In this document: positions 43,399 through 60,815 of the stretch, piece by piece
How the letters are laid out: each line of letters starts with the position of its first letter
How positions within the stretch are numbered: the stretch's first letter is position 1
DNA from: the human T2T-CHM13v2.0 reference genome, Homo sapiens
Length of the DNA stretch: 64,000 bases
Assembly (NCBI RefSeq): GCF_009914755.1
Contig: NC_060929.1
Strand: one strand, 5' to 3'
Program-made: the position numbers and the translations under genes
Notes under the pieces: model-generated
Told to the model about the DNA's origin: nothing
Database searches by the model: none
The model's input: only the letters and a program-made list of their open reading frames with translations

Positions 43399-44433
43399 TT
43401 CTGTGGCTCCTCCTCCAGTACTGTGGCTCCTCCCCTGGTTCTGGGCTCCTCCCCCGGTTCTGTGGCTCCTCCTCTGGTTCTGTGGCTCCTCCTCTGGTTC
43501 TGTGGCTCCCCTCCCGGGTTCTGTGGCCCCTGCTCCGGTTCTGTGGCCCCCTCATCAGGTTCTGTGGCCCCTCGTCCAGTTCTGTGGCTCCTCCTCTGGT
43601 TCTGTGACTCCTCCTCTGGTTCTGTGGCTCCTCCTCTCGTTCTGTGGCTCCTCCCCTGGTTCTGTGGCTCCTCCTTCGGTTCAGTGTCTCTTCATCCGGT
43701 TCTGTGACTCCTCCTCTGGTTCTGTGGCTCCTCCTCCAGTTCTGTGGCTCCTCCTCTGGTTCTGTGACTCCTCCTCTGGTTCTGTGGCTCCTCCTCTTGT
43801 TCTGTGGCTCCTCCTCCAGTTCTGTGGCTCCTCCTCCAGTTCTGTGGCTCCTCCTTCAGTTCAGTGGCTCTTCATCCGGTTCTGTGTCTCCTCCTCTGGT
43901 TCTGTGGCTCCTCCTCCAGTTCTGTGCCTCCTCCTCTGGTTCTGTGGCTCCTCCCCTGGTTCTGTGGCTCCTCCTCTGGTTCTGTGGCTCCTCCCCTGGT
44001 TCTGTGGCTCCTCCTCTGGTTCTGTGGCTCCTCCCCTGGTTCTGTGGCTCCTCCTTCGGTTCAGTGGCTCTTTGTCCGGTTCTGTGTCTCCTCCTCCGGT
44101 TCTGTGGCTCCTCCTCCAGTTCTGTGACTCCTCCTCTGGTTCTGTGGCTCCTCCTCCAGTTCTGTGGCTCCTCTTCTGGTTCTGTGGCTCCTCCTCTGGT
44201 TCTGTGACTCCTCCTCTGGTTCTGTGGCTCCTCCTCTCGTTCTGTGGCTCCTCCCCTGGTTCTGTGGCTCCTCCTTCGGTTCAGTGGCTCTTCGTCCGGT
44301 TCTGTGGCCCCTCCTCTGGTTCTGTGGCCCCTCCTCTGGTTCTGTGGCCCCTCCTCCGGTTCTGTGGCCCCTCCTCTGGTTCTGTGTCTCCTCCTCCAGT
44401 TCTGTGGCCCCTCCTCCGGTTCTGTGGCTCCTC
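43399..44433 (+). repeat. Minisatellite/VNTR, 20-bp unit TTCTGTGGCTCCTCCTCTGG, ~52 copies
   Basis: Exact 20-bp periodicity visible across about 1035 bp. Confidence 0.98.
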
Positions 44434-44875
44434 ATGACCTTGCTGTTATCACAGCTCTACAGCTGGCTCCCACCATGGTTTAGAGAAAGGCCTCAGCTCC
44501 ACGAGGCAAACAGGCAAGAGCTTTTTTTTGTTTTTTTCCTCTCCCTGAAAATCCCATAATTTGGGGTCACTTTTGGCTCTAAGGATGATGTTATCTTCAG
44601 GTATTAAAGAGTCTTATCTAGTCCAGCTAAAATCAAAACTTTATACAGCACTGTGAATATATTATCCTACTGAGCTATACACTTAAAAAAATGATCAGTA
44701 GGGTAAATTTTTATCTGTATTTTACCACAATTTAAATTTTTAAAAATCTAAAAACACTTTACTCTCACAAGCAATCTTAGCCTTTTGTCTCCCTCACTCA
44801 AGCCTGCACCTCAGCTCAGGGACTGGCAAGGGGGGCCAGTGGGGGTACATTGTTTAATGACATGAGATGAGTGGC

Positions 44876-45901
<1,026 letters not shown>

Positions 45902-47302
45902 GAAGTACAGAGTAGAGACAGTGGGCCCTGCCCTGTTTCCAGCAGCCCTCACTACTGGCTGGTGTCCCTGGGCCTCAACTTCCGCATTTCTTCAGTGAGA
46001 TAAGGTCTGTGAACCCCTCTGTAAGCTACAAATGTGTGCTGTTGGAGTTGGAGTGAGTTGGAGTTGTTGGAGTTGTTGTTGTTATGATTATTTTAGCGAC
46101 CTTAGTAAATACCCTGAAGGTTGCTGAGGAACTTGGCAGGGTTCCCACGAGCAGCTGAGGTGGGGGTGGGGGTGGGGTTGAAATAATTGCCAAATACCTT
46201 CCTGGAATGTTGATTTCCAAAGGGAATTTATGGTCCCTGGTAGTCATTATTTCAGGGCGACTTATCAGAAAAACTGCCCGCAGCATCATCATAAGCACTT
46301 ATTCCACAGGAAAGTTGTTTGCAAAACACAACAAACATCAATAATGATGTTCACAGAGCTGTAAATCTTCTAAGCCTGCCTTCCCTTCCTGGGACTAAGA
46401 CACTTGATTTGGTTCTCCAGGAGCTCAGAAGTTTCCAAATAGATAACAGAATATCAAAGTCCATTAAGCAAGGTAATTTACAATAGTGGCAGGCCAAATT
46501 CAGGGAAATACATTAGGGCATTTTCCCATTTGGTTTGTAGAAAAGACATTATTCTAAGCACACAAACAATGAATGCTGTTAGGTGACAATGAGGAAATCT
46601 GTTCACTCTCCTAACGAGTTTATTCATCCCCCTCACCATGCAGCACATTAATTTTGAGTGAAAGTTGCACCACCAGATAAGATTCTCAAAGCTCTGACAT
46701 AAACACCTGAGACCTCATTTCCGACCCATTAAGTAAGCATCACTGGGCATTGTAACAAAGAGAAGCGGGGGCACAAAGGTGACTTCCTTTAGAGCTCTGA
46801 CTCTTACCTCAAGCTATCCCTGGAGTTATGAAACAAAGAAGCAATTTCAAATTGTGCACTGCAGAAACTTTCAGAGGCCCTGAGAGTGTTTGGGGAGAGG
46901 AATAAAATGTAAAGTGATACTAAACATGAAGTGAAATTGCTACATTTTTTTTCATGTTTTAAAAAACAACCAAAGTTTGTTTCCATTCTCTGCTGCTCTC
47001 TCCAGGTTGCACTCCCCTTTGCCCCCACCCCACCTCAGAGTGGACTCCATTTCCAGGTGTAGTCAGGAACCGGGTCAGAATGGACCCTCTCACCCATAGA
47101 AAAAAATGGGAATTATTCATGCTACTCTGTGGCCCATTCATGGAGCAACCTAAAGAGATGGAAGAGAAACTAACTCACAATTTAGTAGTTATTGAGCTCC
47201 TACTATATATCTTTGTTGCAAAGGACAGGAAACCAACTCAAACTAACTTAAGCAAAACAATGAATGTATTGATAATCAGGATCAATCATCCCACTAGTAT
47301 GG

Positions 47303-49110
<1,808 letters not shown>

Positions 49111-49388
49111 CTCTGGCCTGAACTCTCCCCTCATGGGTGCTTTGTGGATTCTTTGGGAACCCCAAATGGAACACTTGGCTGCAGGTTCCTCTGTGTGGCT
49201 GCTGCTTTCCTCCCTCAATCTCCAGGAATTTGGGGGTCCATCTGTCTTCAGGGTCACCTTTCCCTTCTGGGCAGGTTTATGAGGCCAGCCCTTTGCCCCA
49301 CGTGGCCCATATCTGTAAGAAACACTTACTTATGCATCAGTGGTCTTACTACTGGTAGAAGCACAGTTGGCTCCAAATGTGCCTCACA

Positions 49389-49403
49389 CCTCTCTCTCTC
49401 TCG

Positions 49404-49439
<36 letters not shown>
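49389..49439 (+). repeat. (CT)n-(GT)n compound microsatellite
   Basis: Direct reading. Confidence 0.97.
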
Positions 49440-49440
<1 letters not shown>

Positions 49441-49548
49441 TCTGTACCCCCTACCCTGTCTCTTCCCTTCCTCTCCTCCCCTTTCTTCTCTTCCCATCTA
49501 CCCCCTCTGTCTCATGTTTAGAGTCTTCAGGTGAATCTCGGAAAACAC

Positions 49549-50101
<553 letters not shown>

Positions 50102-51546
50102 TTATATATACTATATTCTATATAGCATCTACCTCATAGGGCTCTTGTGATAATTAAATTGAACAACCCTGGTGAAGAACCTAGTTAAAGTGCTCAAGAA
50201 ATGGCAGGTATTATTAGTATTCCTATTAATATTATAAACCAGAGCACACAATGGCCCCAGCTGATCTACCAGGTCAGGAATCAGGGAACATTTCCTCCTC
50301 AGCTGCATCTCAGGCAGTGAAAGGCAAATCTCTCCAGAGGAGAGGCCCACAGATGCATCTGTGCTTTCCCACCACCATCGCGTGCCCGCCTGCACACAGG
50401 CAAGCAGCTTTTTGAGCTTTGGAACTTTACAGGGAGGACTGGATTTGGGATGAGGCCTGGGGTCGGGGAGCAAGAGGCCTGGAGCAGGGGCATTGGCCTC
50501 CAGCACACAGACATTTTCCAGTTTGCAAAGTTTCCAGCCTAGCAGAAGGAGGGTGGTTGGGGTTGGGGTTGGGGTTGGGGGAGTTGGCAGTCTGAGATGG
50601 ATTAACATTTTCCTTCCTCGGGGCCTAGAGTAGTGGAGGAATTTGGAGAAGCCGCGAAGATAACTCAGGGCTGCTTTGAACATTTGAACCAAGGGCACTT
50701 CTGAAGCCAAGGGGTTGGGCGGCAGCATTGATTTTTAAGTTCATCACAGCTACAGCCTCAGATGTGGACTGTGCTGAGGGACCCAGGATCTGAACTCCTC
50801 ACGGAGGCTGGTAGAAGAAATCTCCCAGGCTGTCTTTGCTGGGGACCATAACCAAAACTCTCTCCCCAAGATTTAAAAAAAAAAAATTCAGCCCTCAGAG
50901 TCCCAAGCAGGCCCTGGGGCTGTCACGAATTTCTGTGTAGTCCTTTCTGTGAAGTTCTTGGCTCTTCCCCAAGCCATGAAACCACTCCCAGAACTGGGTC
51001 AACAGAAATCATCCAGAGCAGAGAGCCAGCCACTACCTTACCTACTCAGGAGGCTCTGCAGAGGGCCAGGGCAGTCGGAGCCCTGTCCCACCAACAGTCT
51101 TGCTGTGGGACAACCATGTCCCACCAGCAGTCTTGCTCCCTTCTCCTTCGGCATTATACCCAGGGTGTGACTGGCTCCCAGCCTATGGGAAAGATGGAAC
51201 TTTTTCACGGGTTTCTGGCTGAGAAGCTGCAGACATCCGAGGGACGTGCCTTCTGAGCCAGCTGCCCCAAATGGCCAAGCAGTCTCTCAACAGCAGTGCC
51301 CATTAGCTAATGCATATAACACATCTGGGGATGGGTGCACCCCATCTGTACTTCCCACCAAATGGCTCTCAGGTTGAGGAACCGTCTGTGTATCTCTAAG
51401 GAGGCATGTTGCCAAGGACCCTACCGTGGTACCAGCATTGTCCACTGAGGCCGAAGCCATTTCTCCAAGTTCATGCCTGCCCTTTGCCCTTGGAGGAGTC
51501 AGTGGAGCTGGGGACTGAACAACAAAGGACTTCAGGTTGGGACTAA

Positions 51547-52077
<531 letters not shown>

Positions 52078-52914
52078 TAGTCACACTACCCCCTGCTGGA
52101 CAGAAGGCAGCATGGCGATGAGGGCCTGCAGTGCCCAGCATCCATGGATATTTGCCAAGTGTCGTGGGCAAGGTATTAGACACACAGTAAGCACTCAGTA
52201 ACAGTCACTTATTGTTATCGTTTAGTTGCTGTTGTTGTCATAGAGTGAGGACCACCACAGAAGATCAGAGAAAGAAGTTACTGTGAGGCAGAGGGTCGCT
52301 ATCGCCTTCTGGGCTCTGCCTCTGGCTGTCTATCCCAGGGGAGATGTACGCAGAGCTCTTGAGGGGAAGAAGCTGCTTATGGGCCATCATCACCTACAAG
52401 GGCACCTCCCACTTCCACAGACGGGCTCCGATCACCTGGGCCCCAAACGCCCTTGAACTAGCCTCTGTGTTGCCAAGTTCTTTCTGCCCGTGTTCCCTGA
52501 GCAGACCCTCTGCAACCTCAGCTGGTCCCCGCACTGCAAACATTTGCTGATCTATTCAGCTCAATTTAAGCTGCAGCAGACCGAAACCTCAAGTGAGCTA
52601 ACATGACCTTGCTGTTTTCATTTTCATCGAGATAAGAAAATGCCAAGATAAGTAATTGTCAGAGTTAATAATTTAAAAATGCAATAGACCTTGTAATTAA
52701 AAATAAGCTGAAGGAGGCCACAAAGTGATTGTAATAATGTTTCAAGGGCCAATCACACAAAACCCTCCTCTGGCTGTGCCAGGAGAGCTGGAAGGAAAGA
52801 ATCAAACTCTTGGAGGCTCTGAGCAGTTTATGTACCAGGAAAATCCTTTTCTTAAAATCTGGTCCATCAGAAAGCTTTGGATACATTTATCCAATACTGG
52901 CCACACCTTCATGA

Positions 52915-53242
<328 letters not shown>

Positions 53243-53843
53243 ATTCATGTATCTTTTATCAGAAGTAATTATGGACTCCCTTTCTCCCTGGCCTAACTGG
53301 AATCTGTGGACTCTGTGGCATGCTATGTTTTCTGGTTGGAATGGGATTACTGAGTCAGGAAGCTATACCCTTCTGGTACATTCCCAAAGAATCTAACACA
53401 TCACTTTGAAGCCTCAGTCCCCTCCCTCTCTGGTGAGCCTTGGCGTGTTATCAAATGGTTTCCTTGTTTCATGCAGAAGGGCTGATGAGGAAAACACTGT
53501 GCCCTTCATTGATTGGCATTCATACTTGCTCTACTGAGAGAGCAAAGAGGCCTTATACCATCACCCAGGAAGGTTGCAGCTCCCATTTCTGATGGCCACT
53601 CAGTTGGTAGCAGATCAGGCTTCCCTCTGCCTTCTTAGCTTCCAGGGCAGGATACAGCTTCCCAACTCAGTAATCCCTTTCCAACTGAAAACTTAGAATG
53701 CCACAGCATTCACAGATTTCCACTTAGAGAACCTCCTCTACAGTGTATTTTCCAGACCCAATTGTTTTATTTTTAAATCCACAAACTTTTATTATTTCAT
53801 TGTAACTAATTCTGACCATCATATCATAGACTTTTCCTCCCTT

Positions 53844-53847
<4 letters not shown>

Positions 53848-53888
<41 letters not shown>
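53848..53888 (+). repeat. (CA)n microsatellite
   Basis: About 20 uninterrupted CA units. Confidence 0.98.
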
Positions 53889-53890
<2 letters not shown>

Positions 53891-55713
53891 GGGTTTCCTC
53901 AAAAATCTAAGCCTGTCCATGGAAGGAACATCATCATCCTGCCAGTGACAATGGATACAAGGCAGAAAAGGACTCTGCAAGCTGGTGGGAGGGCAGAGAG
54001 AGGGGATGGTGGAATCAGGACAAGATATGGTCAAGGGTGTGTCCAGGCACACCATCCTACCTGGCCTCAAGGTATTATCCACCAATGTGGTCAAGCGAAC
54101 CCCAAAAAACCAGACCCAGTAACCAAGGTAGCTCTGCCTGCTTCCCTTGTTCATGACCTTAGGCCCCAAAGCCAGAGGGCTCACAAGAACATGACCAAGA
54201 AAGGAAGTCAGAGGTATATTTATAAAACTAACAAAAGGAAGCCCAGAAATCATCTTTGGAAACCTAGGAAGTCTCTGGAATCTTAGAACCTGCAGAGACC
54301 TCCCCTTCAACAGAAACGGAATTTTCAGAGAAAACATCAAGACTTTAGGGAGGTAGATTCACTTATCCAAAGAACATACAGACCCCATAAATGTTCACCC
54401 TGGCCAACAGTCTCCCTGCTCAGGGCACCTGAAACAGAACTACCACATTTCTACCCATCACAAACCCAACCACAGACTATGGGTGCCAGAAGGGCAAGAA
54501 GGGAGGGTCCAGCCCCTAGAGTAACCCAGTGATGGATCCCAAAGGGCCATACCTGATCCTATAATGTGAAATTGGTGTCCTCAAGCTCAGACATCTGTTT
54601 CTGGGAGAGAAGAGGAAAAGGAGAGGATCAGAAGGAGTCCTCAGGCTTCCAAAAAGGATAGAAGTGTGTTCTTATCTTCCACTATGGAAATACAATTGGG
54701 TCTGGGTTCTTGAGAGCCTGTGGATGGGTTAGGCAAGGCCAGGGGTCCCCCTCCAAGCAATGCTCCTGAGCTCCAAAATGAAATCTCTGGGTTCCTTTCC
54801 AAAATATGAACTTGATTTGTATGTTCTTTTCTTCAAACGTGGAAAAGATGAGCTCACTGCAATATTTTTTCTCAATTTTCTTTGGAACCAAGATTTGACC
54901 CCAGGAGCCAATCCAAGCATCATGTGTTTGGTGAACCTTTCCCTTGCCCTGTATCCCCAAAACTCAGCACAGGGCCTGGCTCAGTACAGGCAATCACTAG
55001 ATGTCTATTGAATGAATGAGTTGCTTGTGGGCTCCTAGAGCAGAGTGAGACACCAAGCTTCACATTCTTTATAGGCATAGCATATCTCAGGGTAACTTTC
55101 CTGTGCTGGTGTTTCATTTGGCCATGCCTCCTTCCTAATGGGCTGAAAGACATGCCTTGTGTGTCTCCCGCTGTTGGAACAGTGTTTACTACATGGCTTT
55201 CTGCCTACAGGCCCAAGGCCAACAATCTAGCCCATGAGTTAATGACTTTCAGCAGCAAAGAAGCCCAGTAGACCTTTGAAACGGTCTACTACTCTCAACC
55301 AGGCAGCAGGGCAACCTTAACTTTTTCACTGTAAAAGGGCAGACTAATATAGGCAGAACTGGATTTGTAATAAGAAATGAACACACTCTATCTGGTGGTA
55401 ACGGTAAGATGAATCATTTCCAGGATCCGAGAAAATCTTACGCCAGTGTTTATGTAGTAGAAGCTCCTTCATTTGGAGTCTGCTAAAGGCAGGGGGTTGC
55501 AAGACATTACAGCTATGCACTTACAGAGCCTAACAAGTAGTTGCCATACTGCTCATAGAGACCTGACAAAGGGTCAGAGAAAGTGGCTAGCTCTGCCTGG
55601 CGTCTGTCTCAACATCTTTGCCAACACATGCTTCACTTCATCAAGAAAGAAAGAGGGAAACTTCTGCTTCCAGCTATGATGGAGTAGTTGGTACCAGTCT
55701 AGCCCTCCCACCA

Positions 55714-56118
55714 CGTGTTAGTTTGCTATTGCTATAAAGGAATACCTGAGGCTGGGTAATTTATAAAGAAAAGAGTTTTACTTTGGCTTATGGTTCTGCA
55801 GGCTGAACACGAAGCATGGTGCCAGCATCTGCTTCTGGTAAGGGCCTCCGGATGCTTATAATCATGGCAGAAAGCAAGTGGGGAGCAGGTGCATCACATG
55901 ACAAGAGAGGGAACAAGGGTGGGAGGAGGTGCCAGGCTCCTTTAAACAACCAGCTCTTGCATGAACTAACAGAGCAAGAATGCGTTCATTACCATGGGGA
56001 GGGCATCAAGCCATTCATGAGGGACCTGCCTCCAAGACCCAAACATCTCCCACCAGGCCCCATCTCCAACACTGAGGATCACATTTCAACATTAGATTTG
56101 GAGAGTCAAACTATATCA
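55714..56118 (-). mobile_element. MSTA/B MaLR LTR, antisense
   Basis: gctataaaggaatacctgaggctgggtaatttataaagaaaagag...caaactatatca. Confidence 0.92.
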
Positions 56119-56418
<300 letters not shown>

Positions 56419-56419
56419 T

Positions 56420-58450
56420 TATCATTGATAGAACCTGGGTAAAGTGTACATAGGACCCCTGTATTATTTCTTCCAACTGCATGTGAATCTACAGTTTATC
56501 TCAAAGTAAAAAGGTTATATATACTCATAATATTTTATATGTTAATTATTAAATATTAAAATATATGATTAATATATTAAAATGTTTATAATATTAAATT
56601 CATATATAGCTAGATCAATATCTGGAAACACCACCAACATCCATTAACAGGAGAATGGATAAACAAATTTTGGTTTATTCACTCAATGAATACTACTCAG
56701 TGTTATTGATGAATCTCAGCAATAAAAAGGAATGACTATTGATAATTCAACAATATAGATGAATCTAAAAATTAAAAGCAAAAATATTATATAGACCAAA
56801 AGAAGCTAGACAGAAAAGAACATACACTTTTGATTCTATCTATCTGAAATTCTAGAACAGGCAGAACTAATCTATTGTGATAGAAATCAGAAAGTAGTTA
56901 CCTCTGGAAGATGGGTGAAGAATTGCCTAGAAAATGGCACTAGGGAATTTTCTGGAGTGATGGAAATATCTTTTATCTTGTTTGGGGGTGGCAGTTACAA
57001 AGATATATACAGTTGTCAAAACTGATTAAATGTTTAAAATCTATGAATTTATGTATGTAAAGTATACCTCAATAAAACAGAGCTGTAATTTCCTCAAAAA
57101 AAAATAACTGTTCATGAAAAGATACCATTCTGAAAGTGACAAGGCAAGTCACAGCATACAAGTGGCTGTTTATCGCATATAGAACTAATGAGGGCTTATA
57201 TCCGGAACAGAGAACTCACACAAATAAGAAAAAGACAAACACCCCAATGGAAAAATAAGCAAGTGACTTAAACAAGCACATCACAAAAGAAGATATGCAA
57301 ATGTCCAATCAACACATGAAAAATTATCAATATGATTAGTCATCAGGGAAAGACAAAGTCAAACCACAAGGAGAGGCCACTGCATATCCACCAGAATAGC
57401 TGAAATTAAGAACACTAACAATGCCAAGTGTTAGCAAAGATGCAGAGAGCAACAGGAACTTGCACAGGCTGGAAGAAATATAAATCGGGCCAGGTGCAGT
57501 GGCTCATGCCTGTAATCCCAGCACTTTGGGATGCTGAGGCGGATGGATCACTTGGGCTCAGGAGTTTGAGACCAGCCTGGGCAACATGCTGAAACTCTGT
57601 CTCTAATAAAAATACAAAAATTAGCTGGGCATGGTGGCACACACCTGTAGCCCTAGCTACTCGGGAGGCTGAAGGAGGAGAATTGCTTGAACCCAGGAGG
57701 TGGAGGTTGCCGTGAGCTGATATCACACCACTGCACTCCAGCCTAGGCAATAGAGTGAGACTCCGTCTCAAAAAAAATTTTTTAAAGAAATATAAATTGG
57801 TCCAATCACCTTAGAAAATTGTACGACATTAGCTATTCAAGCTGGACATACACATCCAGCAATTCCACTCAAGTATATACCCACCAGAGATGGAAATACC
57901 CCTGCAAACAAGAAAAGACATGTGTAAGAATATTCCTAACAGTATCACCCATAATAGTATGAAACTAGAAACAACTCAAATGTCCATCAAATGTGGGTTA
58001 GATAAGCACAGTGAGTATATTTTTATAATAGAATACAATGTAGCTATGAAAATGACTGAACTGATGCTACACACTCAACTACCATGATGAAACCCACAAT
58101 CTAATGTTGAGTGAAAACAGCCAGCACAAACATGTATAATGCATGCAGTGTGATGCAATTTATCTAAAATTCCAAAACCTACTAAACGATGGTTTTACAC
58201 ATATATGCTTAGATAGTAAATCTAAAAAGCAGAGTGAAAAAATAATTGCCATAAAGATCAAAATGATAATTCCTTGTGGGGGAGACTGAAGGTAATAATT
58301 AGGAAGTGAGGATTGGGGGTGCTGGCAAAATTCTATTTCTCTACCTGAGCAGTGGCTAAACAGTGTTTACTTTATAATAATTTGTTAAGCTGTACATTTG
58401 TTTGATGTATTTTTCTGTAGTGTGCTATGTCATAACATAATAAAAGAAAG
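56420..58450 (+). mobile_element. Cluster of old L1 (L1MB/MC/ME) 3' fragments
   Basis: gaatggataaacaaatt...aatactactcag; cagcaattccactc...aaactagaaacaactcaaatgtccatcaa. Confidence 0.85.
57488..57777 (+). mobile_element. Alu
   Basis: Full Alu; TSD aagaaatataaat. Confidence 0.96.
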
Positions 58451-58574
58451 TTTAAAAGAAAAAAAGGAGAATACACACAAATGTTGAGGGCCTAAGGGTA
58501 GAGAACCTTTGAATAATTTCTTTTTCTTACCTTCTGTAGCTGTTTCATTTTCTAGAGTTATGGGGAATTAGTGA

Positions 58575-58790
58575 TAGAGAGCAGGGAGTATGGAAACAGA
58601 CCATGCCTTAATTCAAATCCCAGCTCTCTCTCATCAGCTCCATGACCTTGCGCAACTTGCTTAAACTTTCCATGCTCCTGGCTCCTTATCTGTAAAATGA
58701 GGATAATAATAGTAACTGCCTTATTGGGTTGGTTGCACACACAGAAATGGCAAATACTCAATCCGTAGTAAGCCCTGTGTTAGCTGTTAT
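58575..58790 (+). mobile_element. MIR SINE
   Basis: ttcaaatcccagctct...tgaccttg...atctgtaaaatgaggataataatagta. Confidence 0.85.
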
Positions 58791-58893
58791 CAGAATGTCT
58801 AAATTACCTTTATAAGGAAAAAAAAGTAAAATGCAGTTTTCAGCCTATAGCATTCATCACACTTCACTATGATTCTTTTTCTTCTCTACCTGA

Positions 58894-59008
58894 CAGTGGG
58901 CACCACAAGGGCAGAGACAGCATTTGCCTTGAACCACTCTGTCTTCCCAGCACGCAGCACAGGGCCTGAGTAGAAGAAGTCCAGGTGTTTTCCTTTTAAT
59001 GCAGTGCC
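58894..59008 (+). repeat. Inverted repeat IR2 left arm (L2 3'-end-like)
   Basis: Ungapped 105/115 match to reverse complement of 60468-60582. Confidence 0.92.
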
Positions 59009-60157
59009 ATGGTCATAGTAGAGTGTGGACCCCTGAGAGTGACCCTCCACGGCCCAAGCCCTGCCTCCATCCATGCTCCCTGAGGCGAGGCTGAGGCATA
59101 CATACCGTGTAGCCTAAAAGTAGCCACCTCTCTGGGGTCCTCGGTCCCCTTGCCTCTCTGCTGTCTATTCTTGGGAACAGTCCAGGGAATGATGGGAAGG
59201 GCCCCTTGGCCTCTTTATTGGGAAAGGATGAGGCTGGAGAACAGGGAATGGGGTTGAGAGGCTCCAAAGGAGACCCACCTATTCCCTAATAGGACCATGC
59301 ATGCCTGGATGGTTCAGGAGAAACCCAGCTCTGACCAGCTGTGTGCCTCAAGGTAGTCCCAAGGGGACTAGGGAAGGCAGCCTCAGGACTGTGGGCTATC
59401 CCTCCTTGGTGGACTCGAGGCTCAAGCTGGCTCTTCTGTGGTCAGTGACATGGTGAAAACTCCTTCTTATGCACAAAATCCTTCCACAAACATCAATCCA
59501 TTTACTCTTCCTAACAGACTAGCGAGCTAATCAATCACTCATTTTATAAGGTAGGAGACTGCAACAGGCACAGCATGCTCAGACTATGGTCATCCAGCCC
59601 TGGCCTCAACCCATACCCTTCTTTCCCTCCATTTCTCCCTAGGTCTGTCTTCCTAGAAGACCAGGTAGGTGCCACATGGGCCAGGATGACCTCAGTCCCA
59701 GCAAGGTGCAGGACATTCGAGTTAGCCCTCAAGACCCTTGACCCTTCCTCATTTCCAAGGAACAGTCAGGAAAAATGGCCTGGGGAGGACGCTCAGCCTA
59801 GGGGTTAGGCCCAGAGAGGGATTCCAACCCAGGCCTGTATGATTTCATGGCCCATCCTAGCTCTGGCAGGGCCCACTGCAAAGCATGGCCTCCTCAGGTG
59901 GGAGTGCTGTCCAATCCACATGCCAAGGGGAGAGAAGCACAAAGGGCCCTATGAGAAGAAAGGCATCCAGGAAGTCAAGGATCCCCAGAACATGGCATCT
60001 CTGGGTTTCCCAGCAGAGAAATGAGGCAGTTTTGAGGTTGTGAGAGAAAGAGGCATAGGGTTTCAGAGTGGAACTGTTAGGATAGGTGGAGAAAGGCTTC
60101 CTAAGTAAGGAGTAGGGTTTTTTTAATCTAGAGCCTCATTAGATTAAAAAACCCCTC

Positions 60158-60453
<296 letters not shown>

Positions 60454-60467
60454 TCCCTCATGGCATA

Positions 60468-60582
60468 GGCACTGCATTAAAAGCAAAACACCTGGATTCC
60501 TTTTACTCAGGCCCTGTGCTGCGTGCTGGGATGACAGAGTGGTTCAAGCCAGATGCTGTTTCTGCCCCTATGGTGCCCACTG
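60468..60582 (-). repeat. Inverted repeat IR2 right arm
   Basis: Reverse complement of 58894-59008. Confidence 0.92.
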
Positions 60583-60777
60583 GTACCAGCTAGTACAGAT
60601 GGGTCTGGGACTCTTTAGGATGGAGTTAGAAGAGAGGTGGGCTTAGACCTCATGGGGTAGAAGCTGCTGCTTACTGGTCCAAAATCAGGCTCCCTTGAGC
60701 CACTTAAACAGCCTAGACAGCAGGCCATTACCACAGACGGCTACTGAGATGTGAGTCAGAAACAGCTCCAGCTCTGA

Positions 60778-60815
60778 GCTCCAGTGGTGCAATTGGTTAG
60801 CATGTGGTACTTACA
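60778..60815 (+). pseudogene. 5'-half tRNA-Ile(TAT) tailless retropseudogene
   Basis: gctccagtggtgcaattggttagcatgtggtacttaca vs recalled tRNA-Ile-TAT 5' exon GCTCCAGTGGCGCAATCGGTTAGCGCGCGGTACTTATA; differences are mostly CpG transitions; flanked by degraded direct repeats. Confidence 0.85.

Noticed and set aside
43399-44433. Possible CRISPR-like array
   Set aside because: Contiguous tandem units with no unique spacers, in a eukaryotic context with no cas genes
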